From the NCBI GenBank assembly GCA_012515085.1, contig JAAYZB010000143.1, positions 1 through 48,057 on the forward strand: DNA of 48,057 nt, given 5' to 3'. The notes beneath the pieces were generated by a model that was not told the DNA's origin, ran no database searches, and saw only the letters and a list, made by a program, of their open reading frames with translations. Each line of letters opens with the position of its first letter. Position 1 is the stretch's first letter. The position numbers and the translations under genes are program-made. Below are positions 26,171-35,703 of this stretch, piece by piece. Source of the DNA: Acholeplasmataceae bacterium (GTDB taxonomy: Bacteria > Bacillota_I > Bacilli_A > Izemoplasmatales > Hujiaoplasmataceae).

Positions 26171-27714
26171 CGGAAAAACTCCTCCATTCTCAGAGCGATT
26201 GGATTCACATAATCCTTATCCTTGACATAGACGCCTTCCAAGCCTTTACCGCCTTGGAAGGGTCGTTTGACGCCGGCAAAAACACCGTTTTCCAAGGCGT
26301 TGAACAACCCCGTCTTTTCCACGTCGCCTAATAATAGTTTCGCTTTTTGGAGCACTTCGCGCGCCCGGGTGTGGATCACACCGCCCTCGCGGTAATCGAT
26401 GGCTTCGCGAAAGGATTTCGCTGTTTTTTGAATTGTTTTTGCGCTATCGATTGCCAAGAACCGATCGGATAAAAACGGGGTATGGATCGCTTCCGTCATC
26501 ATCCCCAAGAGATGGATGGATTGATCCGTCATCACTGTGGCTAGGTTAAACAAGGCGTTTTGCATGGTTGCGCGGAATATATTGCCACTGATATGCTTGG
26601 TTGGCGGCATGTATTTGAGCGGTGCATCGGGAAAGATTTCCCGCGCCATTTCAGCTTGAGCGATTTCAAAAAGAAAGCTGTTTTCAATTTCCGGATCAAT
26701 CTCAAACGCATGTCCCAATCCCATTAAGGAAGCGGACAAGTGGGCTTTTTTTGCGAAGGCTTCGTTGATGAACTGCGAAGCGAGAACGGTATGGGCTTCT
26801 TCAACGGCATCGCTTGTCGTCAAATAATTGTCTTCACCGGTATTGATCAAGATCCCGGCATAGGCGTTGATGAGCCGAGAGAAGTTTTGATCGATAAACG
26901 TGCGTTGCATATTAATGTCGCGGAAGATGATACCATACAGACTGTCATTTAACAAGATATCCAGTCGCTCAAGCGCGGCCATCGCGGCTATTTCCGGCAT
27001 GCACAACCCCGAGGCATAATTGACGAGACGGATATAACGACCGACGTCTTTCGACACTTCGTCTAAAGCTTGTCGCATCAGCCGGAAGTTGGCTTGCGTC
27101 GCATATGTTCCTCCAAAACCTTCCGTTGTGATGCCGTATGGAACATAGTCAAGCAGGGACTGCCCCGTCGAGCGGATCACCGCGATGATATCCGCCCCTG
27201 CTCTTGCGGCTGCTTGGGCTTGTATCACATCTTCATGAATGTTTCCGGTTGCCACGATCACATATATTTGCGTCTTCGCTGTTCCATAGGTATTGATCCA
27301 ATGATTGCGAAGTTCTTTTTGTTCTTGAATCTTTTTCAACCCTTGATCAATCCAAGGTTTTAGGATGGCAAGCGTCTCTTCGACACTTGCGGGATCCTTG
27401 GCAAGCGTTGCTTTGCCGGCTTGATAAGCCACCAAAAAATCCGCCAGGTTCCGTTGTGTGTTTTTTAGTGATGCCGCCAAATAGCGACTGATGCCTTCAC
27501 CACAATTTCTCTGTTGAAGACAATCATCCACCAACCGGTTGACAAGGGGAACTTGGTAGCGATCGACGCCGTCTACTCCCAATAGCCTCAAGATGCTTCG
27601 CTCTACCGAAACGGTTGTGTGATTGTCAATAAAGCGGACGATTTTTTCGGCAATGGCATTGGCATGAATTCGACAAGATTCGATTGTTTTTTGATCTAAA
27701 TTCAGTTTATTCAT
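26167..27714 (-). CDS. kamD: lysine 5,6-aminomutase alpha subunit
   Basis: ORF 26167..27732. I prefer the ATG at 27714 ([10 protein letters not shown]...; RBS AAGGTGG), giving about 515 aa, the canonical KamD size. It sits in a kamA...kamD-kamE context. Confidence 0.85.
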   Translation of the reverse strand: MNKLNLDQKTIESCRIHANAIAEKIVRFIDNHTTVSVERSILRLLGVDGVDRYQVPLVNRLVDDCLQQRNCGEGISRYLAASLKNTQRNLADFLVAYQAGKATLAKDPASVEETLAILKPWIDQGLKKIQEQKELRNHWINTYGTAKTQIYVIVATGNIHEDVIQAQAAARAGADIIAVIRSTGQSLLDYVPYGITTEGFGGTYATQANFRLMRQALDEVSKDVGRYIRLVNYASGLCMPEIAAMAALERLDILLNDSLYGIIFRDINMQRTFIDQNFSRLINAYAGILINTGEDNYLTTSDAVEEAHTVLASQFINEAFAKKAHLSASLMGLGHAFEIDPEIENSFLFEIAQAEMAREIFPDAPLKYMPPTKHISGNIFRATMQNALFNLATVMTDQSIHLLGMMTEAIHTPFLSDRFLAIDSAKTIQKTAKSFREAIDYREGGVIHTRAREVLQKAKLLLGDVEKTGLFNALENGVFAGVKRPFQGGKGLEGVYVKDKDYVNPIALRMEEFFR

Positions 27715-28705
27715 CTTTACCACCTTCATCATCGCAAACGTTAAATACCGGAATGGGCAAGGCTTTCGTCAGCCTTTCAGAAAATAGTTTTTTGGGAAAC
27801 TCATATCCCTTGGGAGAGGTTGGATTGATACAGACCGCTAACAAGCGGATCGGATGGATCACCTTGATGCTTTTTTCCCACTGATCCATTCGTCTGTTCA
27901 ATGCCTCATCACAATGCATATGGATCGGAGAAGGTATGATCAAAGTGATCGAGAGGTTTTGTTTGAGATAGGCGTGCAAGAATCGACTCCCGAGTGTCTT
28001 CGGGCAATAGAGCGCCCGCGTGTGTCCATCGATTCTTTCCAGAATACGCTGGGGATCTACCAGTGTGGAACGCTCGGGAAACCTCTGGATCGAGCCGTCT
28101 TTCATTATGGCGACAAGCGTGTTTTCCCCCGCCAAAAACCGAAGATCATCTCCGGCATAAGGAAGCGATAGTTGACGAACTTTAAAGGAAGCATCCTCGA
28201 CGACCTTCTCGATGTCACGAGAATAATCGGCGCCGATGACCAATATTGTCGCATCTGCCAATATCGCCGGCGTTTGTCTAGAAAATGCCCCATCGATCAA
28301 TACTCTTTTCGTGGGATACTTCTTCAAGACCCGAATGAGTTCGGACATTTCCTCTATCGTCGAAGGCCCGGCGACCAAACAATTACCGGGTGCAATGATC
28401 CGGATAATGACGATGGGTCCAAGTGCCGTCACGATTGACGTTCTCAGAAGGATTTCATAACCAGCTTCTGTGGTTTTGAGACACTCCTCTGCGGTTGCAA
28501 CCAACGATCCGGCCGTGACAAAAATCCTTGGCTTCGGAAGAAAGGTCACCTGGTCGATCGCCTCTCCGTCCAACCCGATGGAGGTGATGGCGGTTTCTGA
28601 TTGTGAAAGATTCGTCAAAAGAAAATTCAATACCGTCGTCTTGCCGGCATTTTTCACATTGCCGATGATAGCGACGACCTTCAGGTCTTTTACCTGATCG
28701 ATCAA
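27707..28705 (-). CDS. P-loop NTPase, candidate aminomutase reactivase ATPase (KamC-like; tentative)
   Basis: 332 aa with Walker [11 protein letters not shown] at residues 15-22. The start is a TTG overlapping the kamA TGA (TTGA), and the 3' end overlaps kamD by 8 nt. Its position between kamA and kamD matches the accessory genes of lysine-fermentation operons as I recall them. Confidence 0.5.
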   Translation of the reverse strand: MIDQVKDLKVVAIIGNVKNAGKTTVLNFLLTNLSQSETAITSIGLDGEAIDQVTFLPKPRIFVTAGSLVATAEECLKTTEAGYEILLRTSIVTALGPIVIIRIIAPGNCLVAGPSTIEEMSELIRVLKKYPTKRVLIDGAFSRQTPAILADATILVIGADYSRDIEKVVEDASFKVRQLSLPYAGDDLRFLAGENTLVAIMKDGSIQRFPERSTLVDPQRILERIDGHTRALYCPKTLGSRFLHAYLKQNLSITLIIPSPIHMHCDEALNRRMDQWEKSIKVIHPIRLLAVCINPTSPKGYEFPKKLFSERLTKALPIPVFNVCDDEGGKDE

Positions 28706-29964
28706 TGATTTAATGTGCGTATCCTCCGCGCTAAATGACTGGGTTCGATCGAGGTCCCCTCTCCGCGTAACAAAGCACTGACCCCTTCGCTTTTTTCCTT
28801 CTTGCAGTCTTCGCAGTGGCAGTTGCTCTCATAAGCCGGTGGTTCGCTATAAGTGGAAATGACTCCCTCATAATTTCGGAGCACGACTTTTCCGGGAGCC
28901 ATTGATATCAGATAATTCGGCATAACCGGAATTTTCCCGCCGCCTCCCGGCGCGTCGACAACGAATGTCGGCACACAATAACCGCTCACATGACCTCGAA
29001 GTCCTTCAATGATTTCGATACCTTTGGATACCGGTGTCCGGAAGTGTTCGATCCCCATCGATAGATCACATTGATATATGTAATAAGGTCGCACGCGGAT
29101 CTGGGCTAGTTTTGTCACCAATCGCCGCATGACATGAACGCAATCATTCACGCCTCGCAAGAGGACGGTTTGATTGCCTAAAGGAATACCCGCATCGGCG
29201 AGCCTGTCAATTGCGGCTTTGCTTTCTGCCGTGATCTCATCTTCGTGATTAAAATGAGTGTTCAACCAGATCGGGTGATATTTTTTAAGCATATCGACGA
29301 GTTCCGGGGTGATTCGTTGTGGCATCACGACGGGTGTTCTTGTGCCAATGCGAATAATTTCCACATGGTCGATCGCCCGTAATCGGGCAATGATACTCTC
29401 GAGCATATGGTCTTCCATCAATAGGGCATCTCCACCCGATAACAACACATCGCGTACTTTAGGTGTATTTTTGATATATTCAATGGCTTTATTGATTCTT
29501 TCTTCGGGTGCCGGCATATCGCGTTGACCGGCATATCGTCTTCTTGTACAGTGCCGGCAGTACATGCTGCACATGTCGGTAATCAAGAAAAGCACTCGAT
29601 CCGGGTAACGGTGGGTAAGTCCCGGGACGGGCGAGTCGACATCCTCATGCAGCGGATCCAGCATATCGTATTTCCCGACGCTGAGTTCCTCGATTCCAGG
29701 AACGGCTTGTTTGCGGATCGGGCAATCCGGATTCTCGGGATCGATCAACGTCAGAAAATATGGAGTGATCGCCATGCGGAATTTTCCCAAGACTTTATCA
29801 ATATTAGCTGCTTCGGTTGGGGTGATGTGCAAATATTTTTTTAAATCGGCTACTTGCGTGATTCGATTGCGGACCTGCCAATGCCAATTAGCCCAATCGG
29901 CTTCCGAAACGTGTCCAAAATAAGTGGCTTTTCGCTCTAAATAACGATCATTGGTCTTAATCAT
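28702..29964 (-). CDS. kamA: L-lysine 2,3-aminomutase (radical SAM)
   Basis: 420 aa with the [12 protein letters not shown] (CxxxCxxC) cluster motif. The N-terminus ...[13 protein letters not shown] is canonical for KamA, and LLSGGDALL is present. Confidence 0.92.
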   Translation of the reverse strand: MIKTNDRYLERKATYFGHVSEADWANWHWQVRNRITQVADLKKYLHITPTEAANIDKVLGKFRMAITPYFLTLIDPENPDCPIRKQAVPGIEELSVGKYDMLDPLHEDVDSPVPGLTHRYPDRVLFLITDMCSMYCRHCTRRRYAGQRDMPAPEERINKAIEYIKNTPKVRDVLLSGGDALLMEDHMLESIIARLRAIDHVEIIRIGTRTPVVMPQRITPELVDMLKKYHPIWLNTHFNHEDEITAESKAAIDRLADAGIPLGNQTVLLRGVNDCVHVMRRLVTKLAQIRVRPYYIYQCDLSMGIEHFRTPVSKGIEIIEGLRGHVSGYCVPTFVVDAPGGGGKIPVMPNYLISMAPGKVVLRNYEGVISTYSEPPAYESNCHCEDCKKEKSEGVSALLRGEGTSIEPSHLARRIRTLNH

Positions 29965-31007
29965 AGACTTCCTTCCTTTCCATATCGCTGCTTAAAGATC
30001 TCAAAGAGAACGCGGGACTCGCGAAACAAGTTCAGGGTGAGTTCGGCGTGTCCGCGAGTATATCCGTTCCCAATCATCATCGTGATATCGCTCGCGACAC
30101 CTTCCGCTCCAAGAGCCGCCTTGGCAAACGAGGTCGCCATGCTGAAAAAGTAGACGGTGCCTTGTTGTTTCGTCGGCAAGATCGCTGTCATTTCCGTATT
30201 GGGAACGTTGACGACATTGATCGTCACATCGACAAGGTGGCCGTTATTGGCCTTTAACACCTTTTCATAAACCGCCAGCGGTTTCGTGGCATCTTCCACG
30301 ATGATTTCATCGCAGACTGCAAGTCGTTCAAGATCTTTCTTTTGAGACAAATCATTGATCACTCCGAATACTTTTCCGTTTTTCCCAGCTGATTGTCGGG
30401 CTTGATAAGCACACAGCAACCCACTTTTTCCTGAGGAGCCCAAAATCAGAACACTATCATTCACTGCTACTAGCTTTTGCACCTGAGCGGGCGCACCGGC
30501 CACGTCCAAGGCTGCCAAAACCAGATCCGCTGGCAAATCAGCGGGAATCTTCGCATAGATTCCTGTTTCAAATAAAATCGCCTGCCCAAGAATATCCACT
30601 TGATCTCTCGCGGGATGGATTTGAAGAATCCGTTCGATCTTGAGCGGTGTCAACGATAAGGAAACCAAAGAAGCGATGTCATCGCCTACTCGAAGATCCT
30701 TTTGGATTTCTTTGCCGATTTCCTTCACTTTTCCAAGGAGCATTCCCCCACTGCCGGTAACAGGATTTTGCATTTTCCCCCGGGTTTCGACAATCGTCAA
30801 TATCATCGCTTCCATCCGCTTGAGATCGTTATCGCAAGCTTGTTGGATTTGATGAAAGGATGCTGAATCGATGTTCAAGGTGGTCACATCGATCAGGATT
30901 TCGTTTGCTTGGCAAATCATCGTATTATCCAGTATATCCGCCGCTTGAGGCAGCACCCCCTGAGGAGAGATAACGCGATTTGCCCCGTATTTACTGACTT
31001 TTTCCAT
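29961..31007 (-). CDS. kdd: 3,5-diaminohexanoate dehydrogenase
   Basis: 348 aa with a Rossmann segment [11 protein letters not shown]. Its position between kce and kamA matches characterised lysine-fermentation clusters. Confidence 0.75.
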   Translation of the reverse strand: MEKVSKYGANRVISPQGVLPQAADILDNTMICQANEILIDVTTLNIDSASFHQIQQACDNDLKRMEAMILTIVETRGKMQNPVTGSGGMLLGKVKEIGKEIQKDLRVGDDIASLVSLSLTPLKIERILQIHPARDQVDILGQAILFETGIYAKIPADLPADLVLAALDVAGAPAQVQKLVAVNDSVLILGSSGKSGLLCAYQARQSAGKNGKVFGVINDLSQKKDLERLAVCDEIIVEDATKPLAVYEKVLKANNGHLVDVTINVVNVPNTEMTAILPTKQQGTVYFFSMATSFAKAALGAEGVASDITMMIGNGYTRGHAELTLNLFRESRVLFEIFKQRYGKEGSL

Positions 31008-31830
31008 GGTTATACCCCAGTTTCAACAGTTGTCTTGCCTCATCGGGCGTAGCGATGTCCCGACCAACGCGGGATGCCATCATTCTCACTTTTCGAACTA
31101 ATTCGGCATTGGATTGCGCAAGCACTCCTTTTTCCAAGTAAAGATTGTCTTCCAAGCCAACACGAACATGGCCGCCGGAAAGGATGGCGCATTCCGCTAA
31201 AGAAAATTCATATCGACCGATTCCGGCGACACTGTAGGTCGCATCTTCCGGAATGCTTTCTCGTAAAAAATGAAAATCGCGGGTCTCACCCGTCATTCCC
31301 CCAACGACTCCTAAGACAAAACTAAAGTGCAGTGGTGCTCGGATCAATCCTTTTCGATAACATCTTAAAGCGAGATCGACGTGTCCTTTGTCAAAACATT
31401 CCAATTCATAAGCGATGTGGCGCTCATGCATTTTGGCCGCAAAATGAATGATGTCATTTTCGGTGTTCACAAAAATATCATCGCCGCCAAAATTCAAGGT
31501 GCCGCAATCCAATGTCGCCATTTCCGGATTCAACACAAGTGGAGCAAGTCGTTCTTCTCTAGTCATGCCAATCGCGCCGCCCGTTGAGACTTGGATGATG
31601 ACGGCTTGCGACACTTGGCGAATTGCCGAAATGATTTCTTGATACCGTTTGGCATCTTGGGTCGGCGTTCCATCATCATAGCGAGCATGAACATGCAAAA
31701 TACTCGCGCCCTCCTTTATGGCGGCAGCGGCTTCTTGTTGATATTCCTGGAGGGTATAAGGAACCGCGGGGTTTTGAGCTTTGGTCACCTCAGCCCCACT
31801 CAGGGCGCAGGTTATGATCAATTTGATCAT
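30991..31830 (-). CDS. kce: 3-keto-5-aminohexanoate cleavage enzyme (BKACE/DUF849)
   Basis: The ORF has a TTG at 31863. I prefer the ATG at 31830 ([17 protein letters not shown]...), which forms an ATGA overlap with kal. It has the BKACE TIM-barrel signature ([11 protein letters not shown]..., GLEDNLY). Confidence 0.85.
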   Translation of the reverse strand: MIKLIITCALSGAEVTKAQNPAVPYTLQEYQQEAAAAIKEGASILHVHARYDDGTPTQDAKRYQEIISAIRQVSQAVIIQVSTGGAIGMTREERLAPLVLNPEMATLDCGTLNFGGDDIFVNTENDIIHFAAKMHERHIAYELECFDKGHVDLALRCYRKGLIRAPLHFSFVLGVVGGMTGETRDFHFLRESIPEDATYSVAGIGRYEFSLAECAILSGGHVRVGLEDNLYLEKGVLAQSNAELVRKVRMMASRVGRDIATPDEARQLLKLGYNHGKSQ

Positions 31831-32210
31831 GATTGCCGTTGGTTTTCCTTCAAGACGCAACAAGTCCCCACGGCGGTAGCCACCCGGATTTTAGTTGTTA
31901 ATAAATCCGCAGCTGATGCAGAAATATCCGGCCGAGCTTGGATATACTTGTCACAAGTGAATTCCATTTTGCGCGAAGTGTTGCCGACTTTGACGATTTC
32001 TCCCGTGACTTCCAAGAAGTCGCCGGCATAGACCGGAGCCAGGAATTCGACTGATTCATAAGCCCGAAACAATCCTTCATCCCCATCTTGCCGAATCAAC
32101 AACTCCGTGGCGACATCGCCAAAAAGCGCCAAAATACGAGCGCCATCCACTAGATTGCCGCCATAATGAGCATCACTATTAGCCATTCTGATTTTTAATG
32201 TTGCTTTCAT
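31827..32210 (-). CDS. kal: 3-aminobutyryl-CoA ammonia-lyase (hot-dog fold)
   Basis: 127 aa, beginning [37 protein letters not shown]. Size and context fit Kal. Confidence 0.75.
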   Translation of the reverse strand: MKATLKIRMANSDAHYGGNLVDGARILALFGDVATELLIRQDGDEGLFRAYESVEFLAPVYAGDFLEVTGEIVKVGNTSRKMEFTCDKYIQARPDISASAADLLTTKIRVATAVGTCCVLKENQRQS

Positions 32211-32854
32211 AATTCTATTCCTTTCATCGGAATCACCTGATCGATAATGAGCGGCGCTTCCGTTGCTTTCAATACCTCTTCAATCGAATAATTTGGGTGT
32301 ACTTCTTTCAAATGCAACCCATCTTTTTCAACACTCATAACGGCCATTTCGGTGACGATCATATCCACTTGGTTTGCCGCCGTCAGCGGCAAACGACAAC
32401 GGGTCAAAATCTTGGGCTGTCCTTTGTTGGTATGGGTCATCGCTATGATCACTTTTTTGGCCCCTTCGACCAAATCCATTGCGCCTCCCATTCCGGGAAC
32501 TCGTTTTCCCGGAACGATCCAAGACGCCACGTTCCCTTCTATGTCAACTTCCAAAGCACCAAGGACAGTCACGCTGATATGCCCTCCTCGAATCATGGAA
32601 AACGACATCAATGAATCAATGAAGGCGCCGCCTTTCAATACCGACGCCTTATTGCCGCCGGCATTGACGATATACGTGTTTTCATCAATATAAGGTCCCA
32701 TTCCCACCACCCCGTTTTCCGAATGGAAGACAATGGTTTTGCCTGGCTCGATGTAATCGGCAACCAATGTCGGGATCCCAATTCCTAAGTTGACAAGATC
32801 GCCATCATTCAACTCCATGGCAATGCGCTTGGCAATGATTTGTTTATCGTCCAT
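32207..32854 (-). CDS. atoA: 3-oxoacid/acetoacetate CoA-transferase subunit B
   Basis: 215 aa with [16 protein letters not shown] and SENG (catalytic Glu region HSENGVVG). Confidence 0.9.
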   Translation of the reverse strand: MDDKQIIAKRIAMELNDGDLVNLGIGIPTLVADYIEPGKTIVFHSENGVVGMGPYIDENTYIVNAGGNKASVLKGGAFIDSLMSFSMIRGGHISVTVLGALEVDIEGNVASWIVPGKRVPGMGGAMDLVEGAKKVIIAMTHTNKGQPKILTRCRLPLTAANQVDMIVTEMAVMSVEKDGLHLKEVHPNYSIEEVLKATEAPLIIDQVIPMKGIEL

Positions 32855-33501
32855 TATTGTTCCTCCGCTAAAATATAATCGACCAATGGATGCGGGGTAA
32901 TGACGTGTTCTGGATCGATTTCATCGACTTCTTGCACCGCCTCGGCGACAACGCAGTCCGCCGCCAAAGCGATGATCGGATTGAAATTACGCATGGTCTG
33001 AAGATAGGCTAAATTGCCGTATTTATCGGCAACCGCCCCGCCAATCAATGCCAAATCCGCTTTTAATGGTGTTTCAAGCAAGTAAGGAATATCCTCCACG
33101 ATGATGACGCGTTTCTTTTCTTCCACGATGGTATTGAGTCCGGTTTTTGTCAAGATACCACCCAGTCCGGCCCCGCCGGCATGGATTCTTTCCGCTAAAG
33201 TGCCTTGTGGCGATAGTTCCACTTCCAGTTCGTTTGATTGCATCAAAACTCCCACGGTCGGGTTGGTGCCAATGTGGGAAGCGATCAACCGTTTCACTTG
33301 CCTCGTCTCAATCAATTTGCCGACTCCCCGGTCGGGAAAACCACCGTCGTTGCAGATGATGGTCAAATCTTTTATTCCACTTTCAACAACGAGATCGATT
33401 AACCTCTCCGGGCTGCCGTTGGCGAGAAAGCCGCCGACCATGATCGTCATTTTATCCTGTAACAATTGAATGAATTCGGTTTTGTCAATACGGCCTTTCA
33501 T
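32854..33501 (-). CDS. atoD: 3-oxoacid/acetoacetate CoA-transferase subunit A
   Basis: 215 aa with [16 protein letters not shown]...ICNDGG...[16 protein letters not shown]. Confidence 0.9.
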   Translation of the reverse strand: MKGRIDKTEFIQLLQDKMTIMVGGFLANGSPERLIDLVVESGIKDLTIICNDGGFPDRGVGKLIETRQVKRLIASHIGTNPTVGVLMQSNELEVELSPQGTLAERIHAGGAGLGGILTKTGLNTIVEEKKRVIIVEDIPYLLETPLKADLALIGGAVADKYGNLAYLQTMRNFNPIIALAADCVVAEAVQEVDEIDPEHVITPHPLVDYILAEEQ

Positions 33502-33929
33502 TCAGATACCCTCGCTTTCGGCGGCATGATCTCGGCTTCGCCGACCATGACGACTTCTTGGTGCTGATTCACCGATTCACAAGAAAAAATGACACGATTT
33601 TTTTCCGGAATCAGCAATGTGACACAAACCTTGGCGGTGATCGTATCCCCCAAGAAAACCGGTTTGATGAATTTCAGGCTTTGTTTGGTATAAATACTGC
33701 CGAGACCAGGGAGCGTACAACCGAAAATCGTGCTATACATGGCCCCAACCAGCATTCCATGGACAATCGGGCGTTGGAAAGGCGTTGATGCTGCATATTC
33801 CGGATCGATATGAGCCGGATTTGCATCGCCAGTCAGTTGAGCATACTCTTTGACCATGGCCTCTGTGAATGTTTTGACGAAAGTTGCTTCGTCACCAATC
33901 TTCATTTCTTGTAACGTCAGACTTTTCAA
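33498..33929 (-). CDS. MaoC-like (R)-specific enoyl-CoA hydratase/dehydratase
   Basis: The ORF track extends this to 34160, but that extension is the riboswitch leader. I prefer the TTG at 33929 with RBS AAGGAGGG 6 nt upstream (...KSLTLQEMKIGDEATFVKTFT...DANPAHIDPEYA...IVHGML). An ATG at 33905 is an alternative. Confidence 0.75.
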   Translation of the reverse strand: MKSLTLQEMKIGDEATFVKTFTEAMVKEYAQLTGDANPAHIDPEYAASTPFQRPIVHGMLVGAMYSTIFGCTLPGLGSIYTKQSLKFIKPVFLGDTITAKVCVTLLIPEKNRVIFSCESVNQHQEVVMVGEAEIMPPKARVSE

Positions 33930-33947
33930 AATGACCCTCCTTGTGGC

Positions 33948-33983
33948 AATAAAAAAGGCTGTTATATTGACCAATATAACAGC
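33948..33983 (-). terminator. intrinsic terminator forming the riboswitch expression platform
   Basis: The minus strand reads GCTGTTATAT-tggtca-ATATAACAGC followed by CTTTTTTATT. This is a 10-bp perfect stem plus a U-tract. Confidence 0.85.
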
Positions 33984-34137
33984 TCTCCATCTGGGATGGC
34001 AGTAAGTAAACGCTCGTTCACTTACCAAGGATGAACCGAAGAACCGATTCCACCTTTCGGCGACATACCTATTCTTTTGCCGGATTCGGAGTTCTTTCCG
34101 TTCGCACCGGGAAAATACCGATATGACGCGCCTCTGT
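33979..34137 (-). ncRNA. lysine riboswitch (L-box) aptamer
   Basis: The minus strand carries the conserved L-box blocks in the correct order: ACAG-AGAGGCGCG ... GTCGCCGAAAGG ... CTTGG-(hairpin TAAGTGAA/TTTACTTA)-CTG-CCATC-cca-GATGG-AGAGCTGT. It closely parallels the B. subtilis lysC and T. maritima aptamers as I remember them. Confidence 0.85.
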
Positions 34138-34158
34138 GTGTATTCAATTACGCACTTC

Positions 34159-34187
34159 ATTATACGAAATTATGTAAGCGTTGTCAA
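34159..34187 (-). promoter_or_regulatory. consensus sigma-A promoter driving the riboswitch and lysine-fermentation operon
   Basis: The minus strand reads TTGACA, a 17-nt spacer, then TATAAT (perfect consensus). The -35 element lies inside the last codons of mutY. Confidence 0.7.
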
Positions 34188-35270
34188 TATTTCCTTTTCC
34201 GATTTCGCTTCCATAGAATCGGAATCATCCATCGCCTCGAGCAGAATTGAAAAAGCTTTTGGCAAACTCATGGTTTGTTGGAGTGTTTCCCTGCTCACCC
34301 AGGTGAAACCCGTTTCAGGCGCATGAAAAGAAGCGATCACTTTCATCCCGATGAGTTTCCAGGTGATGTGCGAAAAATGATGAAATAAGCTTGGAAGCTT
34401 TCTGATCGACGTTGGTGTTATTTTCCACGCGGCCAATTGCATCTTGGCCGCTTCGAAGGTCAGTTCACCTTCCCGGTTCGGAAATTCCCACATGCCTCCC
34501 AATAGCCCTTCGGCATCTCGTTTCCTTAGAGCTAACTTCCCGTCATTGAGTATCACAAAGACGGTGCGTGTCTCAGCTTTTTTTAAGGCTTTTGCTTTTC
34601 TTTTCGGAATATCTTTTTCAATCCCTTTTTGATGCGCCATACACCCCGCCATAAAAGGGCAACAAGCGCAGGCGGGGGCGGTATTGGCGGTACAGATCGT
34701 CGCCCCCAGATCCATAAGCGCCTGGTTGAAATCACCGGGTCGATCTTTTGGCAACAATTGTTTGACCCATGTGGATACTTGTCGGCGTAAGACAGGATCG
34801 TTGATTGGTCTTTCGATTCCAAGGATCCGGGAGAATATTCGATAGAGATTGCCATCAATGGCTTCGAAAGGTGCTTGAAAGGCAATCGACAAAATCGCTC
34901 CGGCGCTGTAGTCGCCGATGCCCGGCAACCTTATCAACGTGTCATAGTCTTTTGGAAAGATTCCGCCCTGCTCTTTCATGATAATCTGCGCTGCACTTTT
35001 CAAGTTTCGTGCCCGGGAATAATATCCAAGCCCTTCCCATAATTTTAAAAGCATTTCATCGGAAGTCTCTGCTAAGTCTTTGATTGTTGGAAGCACACTG
35101 ATGAAGCGTTGATAATAAGGGATCATTGTCGCTACCTGGGTTTGTTGCAACATGACCACCGCAACAAAAATCCGGTAGGGATCATGCTCCTTTTGCCAGG
35201 GCAAAACTCGACCGGACTTTGAATACCATTCAAAAAGCGCGCAGTTAAAACTCTCTTTGTCAAGCGCCAT
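34170..35270 (-). CDS. mutY: A/G-specific adenine DNA glycosylase
   Basis: 366 aa with an HhH-GPD domain (LPGIGDYSAGAI), a 4Fe-4S loop CTANTAPACACCPFMAGC, and a C-terminal Nudix-like domain. Confidence 0.9.
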   Translation of the reverse strand: MALDKESFNCALFEWYSKSGRVLPWQKEHDPYRIFVAVVMLQQTQVATMIPYYQRFISVLPTIKDLAETSDEMLLKLWEGLGYYSRARNLKSAAQIIMKEQGGIFPKDYDTLIRLPGIGDYSAGAILSIAFQAPFEAIDGNLYRIFSRILGIERPINDPVLRRQVSTWVKQLLPKDRPGDFNQALMDLGATICTANTAPACACCPFMAGCMAHQKGIEKDIPKRKAKALKKAETRTVFVILNDGKLALRKRDAEGLLGGMWEFPNREGELTFEAAKMQLAAWKITPTSIRKLPSLFHHFSHITWKLIGMKVIASFHAPETGFTWVSRETLQQTMSLPKAFSILLEAMDDSDSMEAKSEKEILTTLT

Positions 35271-35685
35271 TCGTTTCCTCGATTCTAGTCAAAAAATCAT
35301 GCGCAAGCCACAACATATTGACGTCGTTTTGAAACGTCAGACGCCGGCACGCATCCGGAAAAGCAAGCCATAGCGCATCTTTGATTTCTTCTATTTGAAT
35401 TCGGACGTCTTGCGTCAGCGCCTTCGCTAAAAAATAGGTCACTTGCTTGAACACATGGGGCGCTGGATAATAGCTGGTGACTTCTTGAAATCCAGGAATC
35501 AATTCCACGTTCAAATGGGTTTCCTCCCGTATTTCCCGGATTGCGGTTTCTACTTCCGTTTCCCCGGCCTCTCGATGTCCCTTGGGAAAAGACCAATGAC
35601 CCGGGAGCATTTGCACCAGCAAGAAGAAAAGTGTGTGTGCTTCTTTTTTAAAAACAATGCCACCACAAGAATATTCCTGAGTCAT
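35260..35685 (-). CDS. Nudix hydrolase
   Basis: 141 aa with the Nudix box GHREAGETEVETAIREIREETHL. Confidence 0.85.
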   Translation of the reverse strand: MTQEYSCGGIVFKKEAHTLFFLLVQMLPGHWSFPKGHREAGETEVETAIREIREETHLNVELIPGFQEVTSYYPAPHVFKQVTYFLAKALTQDVRIQIEEIKDALWLAFPDACRRLTFQNDVNMLWLAHDFLTRIEETNGA

Positions 35686-35703
35686 CGGATCCCTCCTTGA
35701 TAG

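Noticed and set aside
33930-34160. N-terminal 77 codons of the 220-aa ORF 33498..34160.
   Set aside because: This stretch contains the lysine-riboswitch aptamer, its terminator with a U-tract, and the AAGGAGGG RBS of the real MaoC-like start. The translated peptide (MKCVIEYTQRRVISVFSRCERK...) has no protein-like features.
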